Origin: Macrostomum hystrix
Taxonomy: Eukaryota; Animalia; Platyhelminthes
Reading direction: 5' to 3'
Assembly (NCBI GenBank): GCA_950097015.1
Contig: CATNEN010000029.1
Coordinates: forward strand, 8,246,001 to 8,310,000
Length of the DNA stretch: 64,000 bases
The position numbers and the translations under genes were made by a program. Below the pieces are notes generated by a model that ran no database searches, was not told the DNA's origin, and was given only the letters and a program-made list of their open reading frames with translations. Shown piece after piece: positions 24,030-36,927 of this stretch (positions are counted from its first letter, which is position 1; each line of letters starts with the position of its first letter).

Positions 24030-25215
24030 TAGATGAGACAGGTGAGAGATGAGACAGGTGAGAGATGAGACAGCAGGGAGATGAGACAGCAGAGAGATGA
24101 GACAGCAGAGAGATGAGACAGGTGAGAGATGAGACAGCAGAGAGATGAGACAGCAGAGAGATGAGACAGGTGAGAGATGAGACAGCAGAGAGATGAGACA
24201 GCAGAGAGATGAGACAGCAGAGAGATGAGACAGCAGAGAGATGAGACAGCAGAGAGATGAGACAGGTGAGAGATGAGACAGCAGAGAGATGAGACAGCAG
24301 AGATATGAGACAGCAGAGATATGAGACAGCAGAGAGATGAGACAGCAGAGAGATGAGACAGCAGAGAGATGAGACAGGTGAGAGATGAGACAGCAGAGAG
24401 ATGAGACAGCAGAGAGATGAGACAGCAGAGAGATGAGACAGCAGAGAGATGAGACAGCAGAGAGATGAGACAGGTGAGAGATGAGACAGCAGAGAGATGA
24501 GACAGCAGAGAGATGAGACAGCAGAGAGATGAGACAGGTGAGAGATGAGACAGCAGAGAGATGAGACAGCAGAGAGATGAGACAGCAGAGAGATGAGACA
24601 GCAGAGAGATGAGACAGCAGAGAGATGAGACAGGTGAGAGATGAGACAGCAGAGAGATGAGACAGCAGAGAGATGAGACAGCAGAGAGATGAGACAGGTG
24701 AGAGATGAGACAGCAGAGAGATGAGACAGCAGAGAGATGAGACAGCAGAGAGATGAGACAGGTGAGAGATGAGACAGCAGAGAGATGAGACAGCAGAGAG
24801 ATGAGACAGCAGAGAGATGAGACAGCAGAGAGATGAGACAGCAGAGAGATGAGACAGGTGAGAGATGAGACAGCAGAGAGATGAGACAGCAGAGATATGA
24901 GACAGCAGAGAGATGAGACAGCAGAGAGATGAGACAGGTGAGAGATGAGACAGCAGAGAGATGAGACAGCAGAGAGATGAGACAGCAGAGAGATGAGACA
25001 GCAGAGAGATGAGACAGCAGAGATATGAGACAGCAGAGAGATGAGACAGCAGAGAGATGAGACAGCAGAGATATGAGACAGCAGAGAGATGAGACAGCAG
25101 AGAGATGAGACAGCAGAGAGATGAGACAGCAGAGAGATGAGACAGCAGAGAGATGAGACAGCAGAGAGATGAGACAGCAGAGAGATGATACAGCAGAGAG
25201 ATGAGACAGCAGAGA
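24030..25215. repeat. 16-bp minisatellite (GAGATGAGACAGCAGA), ~74 copies
   Basis: Tandem units with the same GAGATGAGACA core as the arrays inside the hAT elements at 43460 and 52921. Confidence 0.95.
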
Positions 25216-27094
25216 GCCGATACAGAGCGAGTAGGTCTTGTAATTAGCCAGGGGGGCATGTTTAGAAATTATTGTAAGGCGGAGGTTGTTGACCCATTAT
25301 TGATTATTCTAAAAAAGTTCTGCTTGGCATTTGCGCTCCAGTCTGGCGCAATAGACTCAGGTAAGTAGAAACTGCTTGGGCCGAATGAGCCCACAAAAGT
25401 TTAACTGAGAAATCTTCTGCTTCTGGTTGAGCAGAGCGAAGACAGAAAGGTACGTTTTTGTAGGTGGGTAAGAGGGCACGTGACTATTTTATTTCGCGTT
25501 TTTATGAACTGCAAAAGGTGAAACTTTAGTTTTGAATGCGTGGAATTTGCATTCTCATACAGTATGAGAATGTTTGGCAAGCAGGCGCTAACTGCAGTAC
25601 GTGGGCGGTCATATTGCAATTCCTCGTATTTCGTATTTCGTCAGTTAAGTTGTAAAAGTAAGAAAAAGTAATTGGAAAAACAACTCAAGCGAGCCGATTT
25701 TCAACTGTATGTTTTTTCCGCGTGTCTCGACGGCGAACATGTGCAAAATGTTTTCCTTCCAAGTGCTTTTCATACGAGTATATGTTCTTGGCAACGTAGA
25801 AGACTGCGAAAGCGAGTGAATTTTCTAAACTTGAAGACAGAGAATTGAGAAAAATAGAGAAAAAGCTCAACCAATACACTAGAATGTCGTCCAGTCAGTT
25901 CTTTGGACTTGAGCAAATCAACAAGACAAAATTTAGCTCTTTCCATTTTAGTCACATGACCTGTGTGAGCACAGTCAGTAACTGAACTGCACAGAACTGG
26001 AACAATAGAACTAGTATTTACTGAACCTATTGAGACTCAGCTAATAACTATGTTGACAATTTCCCGCTCTGGTCCTATTGCCTAAAAATCGATCTAAATC
26101 TTTCTCTCTAGCCATTTCTGTCTCTCTCTCTCGTGTGCTTCGTAGAAAGAAAGACGTTTTTGGCTTTAGTTTTCTTTCGCGCGAGTGACGGAAATGACGA
26201 AACCCGCGTGCGCCGAGAGAGGCACGTGACAGCTGCACCCTTTTTGCATTATTCGCAAGCATAAAAAATTATTTCTTTAGTTTAGAAAACGTTTTCTATT
26301 GTGATTCGTGTCCATTGTCTCGAATGAATCTCAGTTGTTCTAAAGTCTGAAGTGCTCCAACACTTAGAGTTCGTGTTCAAACTTTGTTATACCTTGTTAC
26401 ACCTTAAATAATGAAAGATTAAGTCGGTGAAATCTTAATTTACGAATATAATTCAAGCACTGTAAATTAATTATTGGAGCGATTATTAAAATCTGATCAG
26501 AGCTAGTACAATATAGGTAAGGCACGCAAATACTCATACGTGGATTAATCACAACTGTCATAACTCAATATTCCATAAAATTTTGGCAGCAGTCAATAGA
26601 GCAAAATACAGCAATATGCATAAATCAGTATGTCTTTGCATTATTTTGTTCATGTATGACTATAAATATGTGTTATGCCTCATAAAAGATTAATGTGATA
26701 AATATATAACAATAGCAATCTGTAGTCTTGAAATTAAAATTCAATAAGCGTAAAATCACTTAGGCACGTCAGCAACAAATAGTATACAAAAATGGAAGAC
26801 AATAAATAAATAGGAAGATTGCATTTGAGATTTGAGATTTGTATTTGAGTATTTGAGATTTTCAGCTTATCAGTCGCTTAGATTGTAACTCCCATTCATC
26901 ATATTTAGACGGCGTCAGCTGCCTCCCTTTAAAAGGGATCGCGCGGTTCGAGCCTCAGACCGTTCGTCCTTGGCAGCAGCTCAGCGCGAACTCACCGCGC
27001 TGCACCGGATAAGCTGGGCTTAACAGTAAAAGTACCAAGAAAGTATATTTCAAATAGCCACATTTTTTAGAACATCCATAACACAAGCTTAAAT

Positions 27095-27224
27095 TTTCCG
27101 CGGAAGGGCGTAAGGGGCGGAAAATTATGATTCAGATGGTGGACTTTCATGAACATCGGTCATTCAGTTTGGGAGCTGTCGTGCAGTAGGAGTGGGTATT
27201 TGAAACACCCCCCGTGGTCTACTG
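27095..27224. mobile_element. 3' end fragment of the CAGTAGA-MITE family
   Basis: Shares GGGGCGGAAAATTATGAT and CGGTCATTCAGTTTGGGAGCTGTCGTG, and ends in GGTCTACTG. Confidence 0.6.
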
Positions 27225-27485
27225 TTTGAAAAGCTTCGCGAGAATTCTTCTCGGTTATGCAGCCATCCAGACTCGGATGTCATTTTCGAGAAATCAATCG
27301 AAGCATCTGGACTGAAGCCACAGCTGGGTTCCGCACGACTTTGACTGCTATTGTTGAAGCTTGGAATATACTCAATCAGTAGTAAACCAGAGATGCTTGG
27401 TTTCATTCAACAGTAGATGAAGCAGAAGATAACAAAGAGTCCCTTTAAAAGAAAGACGAGGCACATTTGAAGGAGGCAAACATTT

Positions 27486-30400
27486 TTACACTGAGCACTC
27501 GGCAGGCGGTGCCGTCGGCAATGGCAGCAGTCGAAACTCGGTGCCAATTCGCGTTGGCGTCTCCACCGCGGTGAACTCATCGACCCCATTTTCGCTGACC
27601 GGGTGCAGATTTTTCCGCTTGCCATTGGGCCGATTCACACTGGTCGAACTGGTGCTCTTTTGCATCAGCGGCAGCGACTCTGATTGCTCGTTGATCTGCA
27701 GGAAACTATTTTGCTTGTGATGCCGGCTGCTTACTGAATATCTGCCGCCGTCCTGCTCAGTTTTACCTTTCATTATTTGCTTGTATTTGCTATCAAAGGT
27801 AATGTAGAGTTCGGCGCAAATTTCCGAGGCAATCACATCGCCCGCGTTCAGCGCCAGCATGTGAATCAAAAATATGCCATCAAATCGAAGAAATCTGCGA
27901 CAGAACATGTTGGCAGACTTCCTTTTCTCTTTGTTAATGACGCCGGATAATCTGAGGTATTTCATTACTACTCCGTTCTTTGTGAACGCTCTGCAGAAGC
28001 GAACCAGCCAGATTGGCACACTGAAGGCGTTCATGAACAGCAGGAAGACAAACCAGAACCAGAGAAAGATGAACAGCTTCTCGTGGATCATGTTGACAGG
28101 CAGGGCGCACTGGGCGAATATGTACTGCGATGATGCGGCCTGTCTGGTCTCGATGGCGCAACAGCCCGAGCGAGGGAAGGCCTCTGTGTTCTGCCAGTCC
28201 CGACCCTGCAGCAGGTCTTTCAATAAAGTGACACCAAAGGTGGCAGTGATCCTGAGCACGCTGCTATTCTTATTGCTAGCTAGATCTGGCAGCTGTAGCA
28301 GGCGGGTCATAAGCACCAGTTGGCCAGCGGCGTTACCAATGTAAATAAGTTTTATTAATAAGTAGATCCACATCAGCCAGGTGGCCAAACGTTTTGAGCA
28401 GAGTAGATAGCCGGGGTATGTTTCGTACCAGTTCCTCTGCTCCTGTGTATCCTGCTGCTCCTGTGTATCCTGTTGCTCCTGTGATTCCGTTTCCCGCTTT
28501 GGCATCGACACGCAGCATATGACATTTTCATAGCAGTCCCTCTGCACCAATGTCTCCTCTTCTTCCTCCGATTCTGTCTTCTGCTTGCGCACCTTCATGC
28601 AGCACCTATTGCTAATAACAAAGTTGCTTTTAATCCACAGCTCAATCTGGCGACTGATTTGTTTGATGAGCTTTTCTCGCCTTTCACCTTCAGCCTTCTG
28701 CACCTCCACAGACTGGCGGACCAGCTGGGTGAGGTCAGTCCCAGATCGGTTGTTGACAAATAGGTACCAGAAGATGCGCGGAACATAGCAGAGAATGCCC
28801 TGCAGGCCCAGAATGAATGGCAGCCACTGGTAGTAATAAATCTTCTTGTCCTTGTAAGCCTCCAACCAGTGCGGGTTCTCATTGTCTACCTTGAATTCAG
28901 CCAGTGGCACATTGTAAGTTCCCTCAGTGTAGCAGTAGTTCGTGACGTAAGCCGCCTGGCCTTCGTGTGAGCCAACAATGGTGGGTATGTAGCAAATTAT
29001 AGGAGTCAGAAAGTAGGTCTTGACTGTGGTCACGGAGCACATCAGCATCAGAATCCACACTGGAAGGACGGGAGATGAATATTGCTAGATAAACTTATAA
29101 CTTATTGCTAGATAAATAAAAGTAATAGTGAAACAAAAAGCATAAAAACAACTTATCCTAAATTTCTCTCTGCATCGGTATTGAAAATACTATCTTGTGA
29201 TAGTTATTGGATGTTTTTATTTTGTAGTAATTTACTTTTTCTGCACTTATAAGGATCAATTGCATTACCTGTTCTGTCAAACATGCAAGTAATATTTGTT
29301 CTCATTAAACATTCTTCTCATTGTTCTCACCGATTTTCATATGGTGAAAATCGCAATTTATGTCCGTGGATATCAACACTCGAGGGGCCATAACTCAGTT
29401 AATAAAAGTGCTAAAGAAAAAAGTCAACACTCATCTAGACCTTTGATAGTTTTTCTTTAAGCTGCTTTAGGCAATTTAGATGGTGTTGTAGAAAGCAGTG
29501 CCCAAACGATCACTATCCCAGCTAGCACCCCTTGTATCAAGTTTATACTAGGCAATGAAATGTTTATTTTATAATTGAAGTCATTAACTTTCTATTTCAA
29601 CTACGAGCCAGTTGCGAATCAGTTAACGCTATTTGTCTCTAGTGATTGAAATTGAAGAAAACAGAAAAGTTATAGAGAACAGTTCTAAGCCAGTTAAGTT
29701 GCTAGACTGTACTTTATAACGAAAGTGCTATAAAGCCCAGTAGTCTCAGTAAAATCCCAGCATTCAAGAGTGAATCGTTTTTGTATAATCGCCCAGCAGA
29801 TGTGCGCGGGGGCGAATAGGACCACCCAATGCTCTCTCATGCTCCCAGCCAGCCGTCTATATTTAGCAGAAATTTTGCTGAAGCAGTGAAAATCAATATA
29901 GTCAGACTTTTCAAGTACGTTGCCGTGTGCGAGTTGAGACAGATTCAAATGACTCCACTAATTGTATGTCCTGTCTAGTAAACTCACGGATACCTTCGCG
30001 AACCTCAGGCTTCATTCACAGTAGAAGGACCACATTGCACACATTTTCTGTATCTTCCAAAAGATTCAACCTATTGCCATGAAAATGCAGAACACGGGCT
30101 AAGTTTTTCTGCTCTATCCGACGAAACAGCTTCCAGAATCACAAAACATCGACATCGTCGAGATATTCAACAATTGTTGATTGGGTTTCTGGTGGCAAAA
30201 ATGACCAATATTGGCCCCATTTTTCTGCTCACAAACTTTCATCATGGAACCATGTCGGCTCCACAAACTATGTCAATCAGTCGCAGGGACCTTTGTTCTC
30301 AGCATCTCAGCGTGCAGAAGAGGATTCTTCAATTACAGCTTTGAGAATCGCTGAATATCTGGACGATGCTGATGTCAGACGGCTTTGAAAGTTAGTTCGT

Positions 30401-30785
30401 TCATCGTAAATGATTGAAATTTCGATCCAAATGATGGGCTTTCGCGAAAATCGGTCATTCGGTTTGAGAAGTAGGCAGTGGGTTAGTGGGTATTTGAAAT
30501 AATCCCTGGTCTTTCCTCAGGGAGACAGATAGTATGGTCTGTCTACTGTTAAACTGTTGTCTCTTTTTAACCTCCACTCTCTAATTCCCTGATCACCTTC
30601 TCATTCAACTCAATTTCCATCCCTTTTCTATTTCTCCGACGCCTTGAATTTCCCAATCCTCATCATCGCACGAAGCAGTGCTCACCTGTGAAAATAAAGT
30701 TTAACCTGTCGAACCAATCGTCCAGACCCACGTAGGTTAGGACTTCCAGCTTTCCCATCCGATCGATGAATTCTTGCACCACCAT
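27486..30785 (-). CDS. Innexin (paralog A); exons 30785-30686 and 29059-27486 (~557 aa)
   Basis: Exon 1, found by hand, encodes MVVQEFIDRMGKLEVLTYVGLDDWFDRLNFIFT and joins in phase 1 (ACAG|GTGAG ... CCAG|TG). Motifs: NYCY, YYYQWLPFIL, FPRSGCC, CALPVNMIHEKLFIFLWFWF; two Cys per extracellular loop plus one extra. Confidence 0.92.
30019..30548. mobile_element. Putative MITE with CAGTAGA/TCTACTG termini (innexin A intron)
   Basis: Starts CAGTAGAAGGACCAC and ends GTCTACTG. It is collinear with the copy at 41451-41883. No TSD was identified. Confidence 0.55.
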
Positions 30786-31140
30786 TTCCGGCGTGTCGGA
30801 GTGAGCTTGAGTGAACTCAAACTATACGATTGCAGATATCAGTGTCAATAGATAAGTTTTGTGAAGTCCGGACTTCGCAGCTTGCTCAGTAGCATGAAAT
30901 GCCTAATTGGCCAACTGAAATAAAGAAATAGTTTTATTCAGTCAGCGATCAGGCACGTCAGCTGTTGTGATAAACAAGGGAATCCCCGATCCAGACAACA
31001 CTCCTTATTGAACTATATATTGTCATTTAACAATGCGTCATTATTTTTCCCTTGCGGAATATATGCACCAAACAGAATCTATAGGAATGAATAAGTGAAA
31101 ATTTTTATTTGCAGGAAAAGCACGACTAATTGGGGACAGT

Positions 31141-31410
31141 CGACACGCAGCCAGCGAGGAGGCAATTCTGCCCATTTCGCTGACTCCTGAGCACACGCGC
31201 ACACAGATACCGTACGCAGGCACACACTCATACACGTGTGTACATTTGCCTTGACTTTCGCATCGTCAGGCAGTGTACACTCTCAAGTACCTTGCGGTTT
31301 GGCTCTCAAGGGCGTGAATTGCACGAAAAGTCCCCAAGCCTTCTCTTCGAGAATGCCAACAAGGCTCCTTGACGGGAGAGGCAAAAGCGTGGTCTATCGC
31401 TCTGCTACTA
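31141..31410 (-). mobile_element. tRNA-derived SINE, copy 4
   Basis: Full core, plus a diverged head (reverse complement GTAGCAGAGCGATAGACCACGCTTTTGCCTCTC). Confidence 0.78.
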
Positions 31411-31865
31411 ACTCCCGAATATAGGGAACGAACGAAGCTATAGGAAGCTAAATTTAACAGCTCTAGCAGTCAGAAACCCCATTTCTTAAACCTGAAATCC
31501 TATCGCTTGCTTCTCGTAAATTAATACTGAAGATTTGTGCATTCTCTCTCAGAAAGGGACAAAAAACGAACTGAAAATCCTGACACCAGATGTCACAGAG
31601 CTCGGGCCTGATAGGCACTGAGTCACTGCGGAAGGCCATGCATATTGTCTATACTGAGTTACATTGATTAGTCCGTCAATTAACCTTTAAGAAGTATTTA
31701 ACTAATCGTTTCAGATTTCTATTTCGTGAGCTTTGTTTAATGTTGAAGAGGGTCACCACGCTGTCTGAATGGGAAATTGTGCTATGCATTTATGCAAATG
31801 CATTTATTCTGATTTTTTTGAGAGATACATAATTTAGCTTTAATTTTTTACTTAAGCCAATCGAT

Positions 31866-32430
31866 GCACCACATGAATGCACAGGGATGCACAGGGATGC
31901 ACAGGGATGCACAGGGATGCACAGGGATGCACAGGGATGCACAGGGATGCACAGGGATGCACAGGGATGCACAGGGATGCACAGGGATGCACAGGGATGC
32001 ACAGGGATGCACAGGGATGCACAGGGATGCACAGGGATGCACAGGGATGCACAGGGATGCACAGGGATGCACAGGGATGCACAGGGATGCACAGGGATGC
32101 ACAGGGATGCACAGGGATGCACAGGGATGCACAGGGATGCACAGGGATGCACAGGGATGCACAGGGATGCACAGGGATGCACAGGGATGCACAGGGATGC
32201 ACAGGGATGCACAGGGATGCATAGGGATGCACAGGGATGCACAGGGATGCACAGGGATGCACAGGGATGCACAGGGATGCACAGGGATGCACAGGGATGC
32301 ACAGGGATGCACAGGGATGCACAGGGATGCACAGGGATGCACAGGGATGCACAGGGATGCACAGGGTTGCACAGGGATGCACAGGGATGCACAGGGATGC
32401 ACAGGGATGCACAGGGATGCACAGGGACGC
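31866..32430. repeat. 10-bp tandem repeat (TGCACAGGGA), ~56 copies
   Basis: A nearly perfect array. Confidence 0.97.
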
Positions 32431-33199
32431 ACAGCGATACGCAGTGATGAACTAGAATACACTGAATGAGTGTCATTCGTTCAGTTCGGTTTAAACGACA
32501 TTGTACACAGAGAGGGGTAGCACAAGGATGCACTGGAATGTACAGGGATGCACAGGGATGTACAGGGATGCACTGGAATGTACACTGATGCACTGGAATG
32601 TACAGAGATGTGCGTGGGTGTATAAAAATAAAAATCTCAGTTTGCAATCTCACTCATGCTTGTCTCGCGAAAATATGAACACGAATAAGAAAATAGCTTA
32701 CGTTAGTTAGACGCTTCGTTCATGCTGCAAGGGATTCGATAACAGCGATTCGATCATCTGATCTGAATCTGGATTATTCACGCTACCAACAGAAGTTACC
32801 AAGCCTTTTTTGTTAAAAAAATTTAGTTAAACCGGATTGGGTCAAATCGGAAAATAAATTTCCCTAACCCAAGAAACTCATTCTGAACTAAACTTTTAGG
32901 ACGACTGTACAAACTGACGGCATGGGGCAGCAGGTGCACCCCATACACTTCTAAACCTTCAGCTAACATTGATCTCACGCTGTTCAATAGTAGCATTGAA
33001 AAGTGAGCAGAAAATCGTACGAATCCTGATCAGAGGTTCAGAAAAAAATATCGATTTTAGGGAGTACGTCAGGAAGCCTCCAGATCATGCGGAAGGCTCT
33101 TAACTCCCCATTCCCATACCGTACTTCCTGAGCTGCCCGTTTCTGTCTCTGACCTCTGCACTCTCTCACACCTCTGCCTTCTCTCACCTATCTCTATTT

Positions 33200-36100
33200 C
33201 TCACCTTTCTCACTCTCTCCTCTTCGTCTCTAAACTCTCTCCTCTCCGTCTCTCCTCTTCGTCTCTAAACTCTCTCCTTTCTGTCTCTCTCCTCTCCGTC
33301 TCTAGACCCTCTCCTCTCCGTCTCTAGACTCTCTCCTCTTCGTCTCTAAACTCTCTCCTCTCCGTCTCTCTCCTCTCTCCTCTTCGTCTCTAAACTCTCT
33401 CCTTTCTGTCTCTCTCCTCTCCGTCTCTAGACCCTCTCCTCTCCGTCTCTAGACTCTCTCCTCTTCGTCTCTAAACTCTCTCCTCTCCGTCTCTCTCCTC
33501 TCTCCTCTTCGTCTCTAAACTCTCTCCTCTCCGTCTCTCTCCTCTCTCCTCTTCGTCTCTAAACTCTCTCCTCTCCGTATCTCTCTCCTCTCCGTCTCTC
33601 GACTTTCTCCTCTCCGTCTCTAAACTCTCTCCTCTTCGTCTCTAGACTCTCTCCTCTCCGTCTCTCTCCTCTCCGTCTCTCTCCTCTCCGTCTCTCTCCT
33701 CTCTCCTCTTCGTCTCTAAACTCTCTCCTCTCCGTATCTCTCTCCTCTCCGTATCTCTCTCCTCTCCGTCTCTCTCCTCTCTCCTCTTCGTCTCTAAACT
33801 CTCTCCTCTCCGTATCTCTCTCCTCTCCGTCTCTCTCCTCTCTCCTCTCCGTCTCTCGACTTTCTCCTCTCCGTCTCTCGACTTTCTCCTCTCCGTCTCT
33901 AAACTCTCTCCTCTTCGTCTCTAGACTCTCTCCTCTCCGTCTCTAGACTCTCTCCTCTTCGTCTCTAAACTCTCTCCTCTCCGTCTCTCTCCTCTCTCCT
34001 CTCCGTCTCTAGACTCTCTCCTCTTCGTCTCTCTCCTCTCCGTCTCTCCTCTCCGTCTCTCTCCTCTCTCCTCTTCGTCTTTAGACTCTCTCCTCTCCGT
34101 CTCAACTCTCTCCTCTTCGTCTCTAGACTCTCTTCTCTTTGTCTCTAGACTCTCTTCTCTTTGTCTCTAGACTTTCTCCTCTCCGTCTCTCTCCTCTCTC
34201 CTCTTCGTCTCTAAACTCTCTCCTCTCCGTATCTCACTCCTCTCCGTCTCTCTCCTCTCTCCTCTTCGTCTTTAGACTCTCTCCTCTCCGTCTCTAAACT
34301 CTCTCCTCTTCGTCTTTAGACTCTCTCCTCTCCGTCTCTAAACTCTCTCCTCTTCGTCTCTAGACTCTCTCCTCTCCGTCTCTAGACTCTCTCCTCTTCG
34401 TCTCTAAACTCTCTCCTCTCCGTCTCTCTCCTCTCTCCTCTCCGTCTCTAGACTCTCTCCTCTTCGTCTCTCTCCTCTCCGTCTCTCCTCTCCGTCTCTC
34501 TCCTCTCTCCTCTCCGTCTCTCTCCTCTCTCCTCTTCGTCTTTAGACTCTCTCCTCTCCGTCTCAACTCTCTCCTCTTCGTCTCTAGACTCTCTTCTCTT
34601 TGTCTCTAGACTCTCTTCTCTTTGTCTCTAGACTTTCTCCTCTCCGTCTCTCTCCTCTCTCCTCTTCGTCTCTAAACTCTCTCCTCTTCGTCTTTAGACT
34701 CTCTCCTCTCCGTCTCTAAACTCTCTCCTCTTCGTCTTTAGACTCTCTCCTCTCCGTCTCTAAACTCTCTCCTCTTCGCCTCTAGACTCTCTCCTCTCCG
34801 TCTCTAGACTCTCTCCTCTTCGTCTCTAAACTCTCTCCTCTCCGTCTCTCTCCTCTCTCCTCTCCGTCTCTAGACTCTCTCCTCTTCGTCTCTCTCCTCT
34901 CCGTCTCTCCTCTCCGTCTCTCTCCTCTCTCCTCTTCGTCTTTAGACTCTCTCCTCTCCGTCTCAACTCTCTCCTCTTCGTCTCTAGACTCTCTTCTCTT
35001 TGTCTCTAGACTCTCTTCTCTTTGTCTCTAGACTTTCTCCTCTCCGTCTCTCGACTCTCTCCTCACCGTCTCTAGACTCTCTCCTCTCCGTCTCTAAACT
35101 CTCTCCTCTTCGTCTCTAGACTCTCTTCTCTTTGTCTCTAAACTCTTCTCCTCTCCGTCTCTCGACTTTCTCCTCTCCGTCTCTCCTCTCCGTCTCTCCT
35201 CTCCGTCTCTCCTCTCCGTCTCTCTCCTCTCTCCTCTTCGTCTCTAGACTCTCTTCTCTTTGTCTCTAGACTCTCTTCTCTTCGTCTCTAAACTCTCTCC
35301 TCTCCGTCTCTAAACTCTCTCCTCTCCGTCTCTAGACTCTCTCCTCTCCGTCTCTAAACTCTCTCCTCTCCGTCTCTAGACTCTCTCCTCTCCGTCTCTA
35401 AACTCTCTCCTCTCCGTCTCTCTCCTCTTCGTCTCTAAACTCTCTCCTCTCCGTCTCTCTCCTCTTCGTCTTTAGACTCTCTCCTCTCCGTCTCTCCTCT
35501 TCGTCTCTCTCCTCTCTCCTCTTCGTCTTTAGACTCTCTCCTTTTCGTCTTTAGACTCTCTCCTCTCCGTCTCTCCTCTTCGTCTCTCTCCTCTCCGTCT
35601 TTAGACTCTCTCCTCTCCGTCTCTCTCCTCTTCGTCTTTAGACTCTCTCCTCTCCGTCTCTCCTCTTCGTCTCTCTCCTCTCCGTCTTTAGACTCTCTCC
35701 TCTCCGTCTCTCTCCTCTTCGTCTTTAGACTCTCTCCTCTCCGTCTCTCCTCTTCGTCTCTCTCCTCTCTCCTCTTCGTCTTTAGACTCTCTCCTCTTCG
35801 TCTTTAGACTCTCTCCTCTCCGTCTCTCCTCTTCGTCTCTCTCCTCTCCGTCTTTAGACTCTCTCCTCTCCGTCTCTCTCCTCTTCGTCTTTAGACTCTC
35901 TCCTCTCCGTCTCTCCTCTTCGTCTCTCTTCTCTCTCCTCTCCGTCTTTAGACTCTCTCCTCTCCGTCTCTAAACTCTCTCCTCTCCGTCTCTAAACTCT
36001 CTCCTCTCCGTCTCTAAACTCTCTCCTCTCCGTCTCTAAACTCTCTCCTCTCCGTCTCTAAACTCTCTCCTCTCCGTCTCTAAACTCTCTCCTCTTCGTC

Positions 36101-36515
36101 TCTAAACTCTCTCCTCTCCGTCTCTAAACTCTCTCCTTTCCGTCTCTAGACTCTCTCCTCTCCGTCTCTAAACTCTCTCCTTTCCGTCTCTAGACTCTCT
36201 CCTCTCCGTCTCTAGACTCTCTCCTCTCCGTCTCTAAACTCTCTCCTCTCCGTCTCTAAACTCTCTCCTCTCCGTCTCTAAACTCTCTCCTTTCCGTCTC
36301 TAGACTCTCTCCTCTCCGTCTCTAGACTCTCTACTCTCCGTCTCTAAACTCTGTCTCTGGACTCTCTACTCTCCTTCTCTAAACTCTCTCCTCTCCGTCT
36401 CTCGACTCTCTCCTTTCCTTCTCAAAACTCTCACCTCTCCTTCTCTCGACTCTCTCCTCTCCTTCTCTAAACTCTCTCCTCTCCGTCTCTGTCTCTCCGT
36501 CTCTCCTCTCCGTCT
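33200..36515. repeat. 3.3-kb pyrimidine-rich compound satellite (CTCTCTCCTCTCCGTCTCTAAA/AGA)
   Basis: Tandem ~22-bp units with variants; an extremely strand-biased CT tract. Confidence 0.95.
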
Positions 36516-36927
36516 CTTTAACTAAAAGCATGGCTTAAAAATTCATTTCAGCGTAAGCCGCAATTGTTTAGTGATCGATCTTCACGCAAAATTTGCGTAT
36601 CATTATTGTACTGCTGAACAATCAATTAGCAAAGCGTTACGAATTATTTCAATCGAAAACAACACCATTCAGTTTAAGTATGGTCATGCGGCAGAATGCG
36701 AATAGCCCAATCCATTATACTACAACTAAAAACAAGCCAACAGATTAGTGATAATCTCCTAAAACACATAACTCACTAAAAATATCAATAGGAATTATGG
36801 CTACTTGTACAAGCTACTTTATATTCGTGACACACCTGCTCAGAGCAACAACAAGTCACATTTGCTGGCTCTAGTAGCTTTGTTTCATTGGGATAGGCTC
36901 AAAATGTAATCATTTTAATCGTATCAT

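Noticed and set aside
25800-25985. Possible orphan exon (open frame KTAKASEFSKLEDRELRKIEKKLNQY after an AG)
   Set aside because: There is no recognisable homology, partner exon or start codon.
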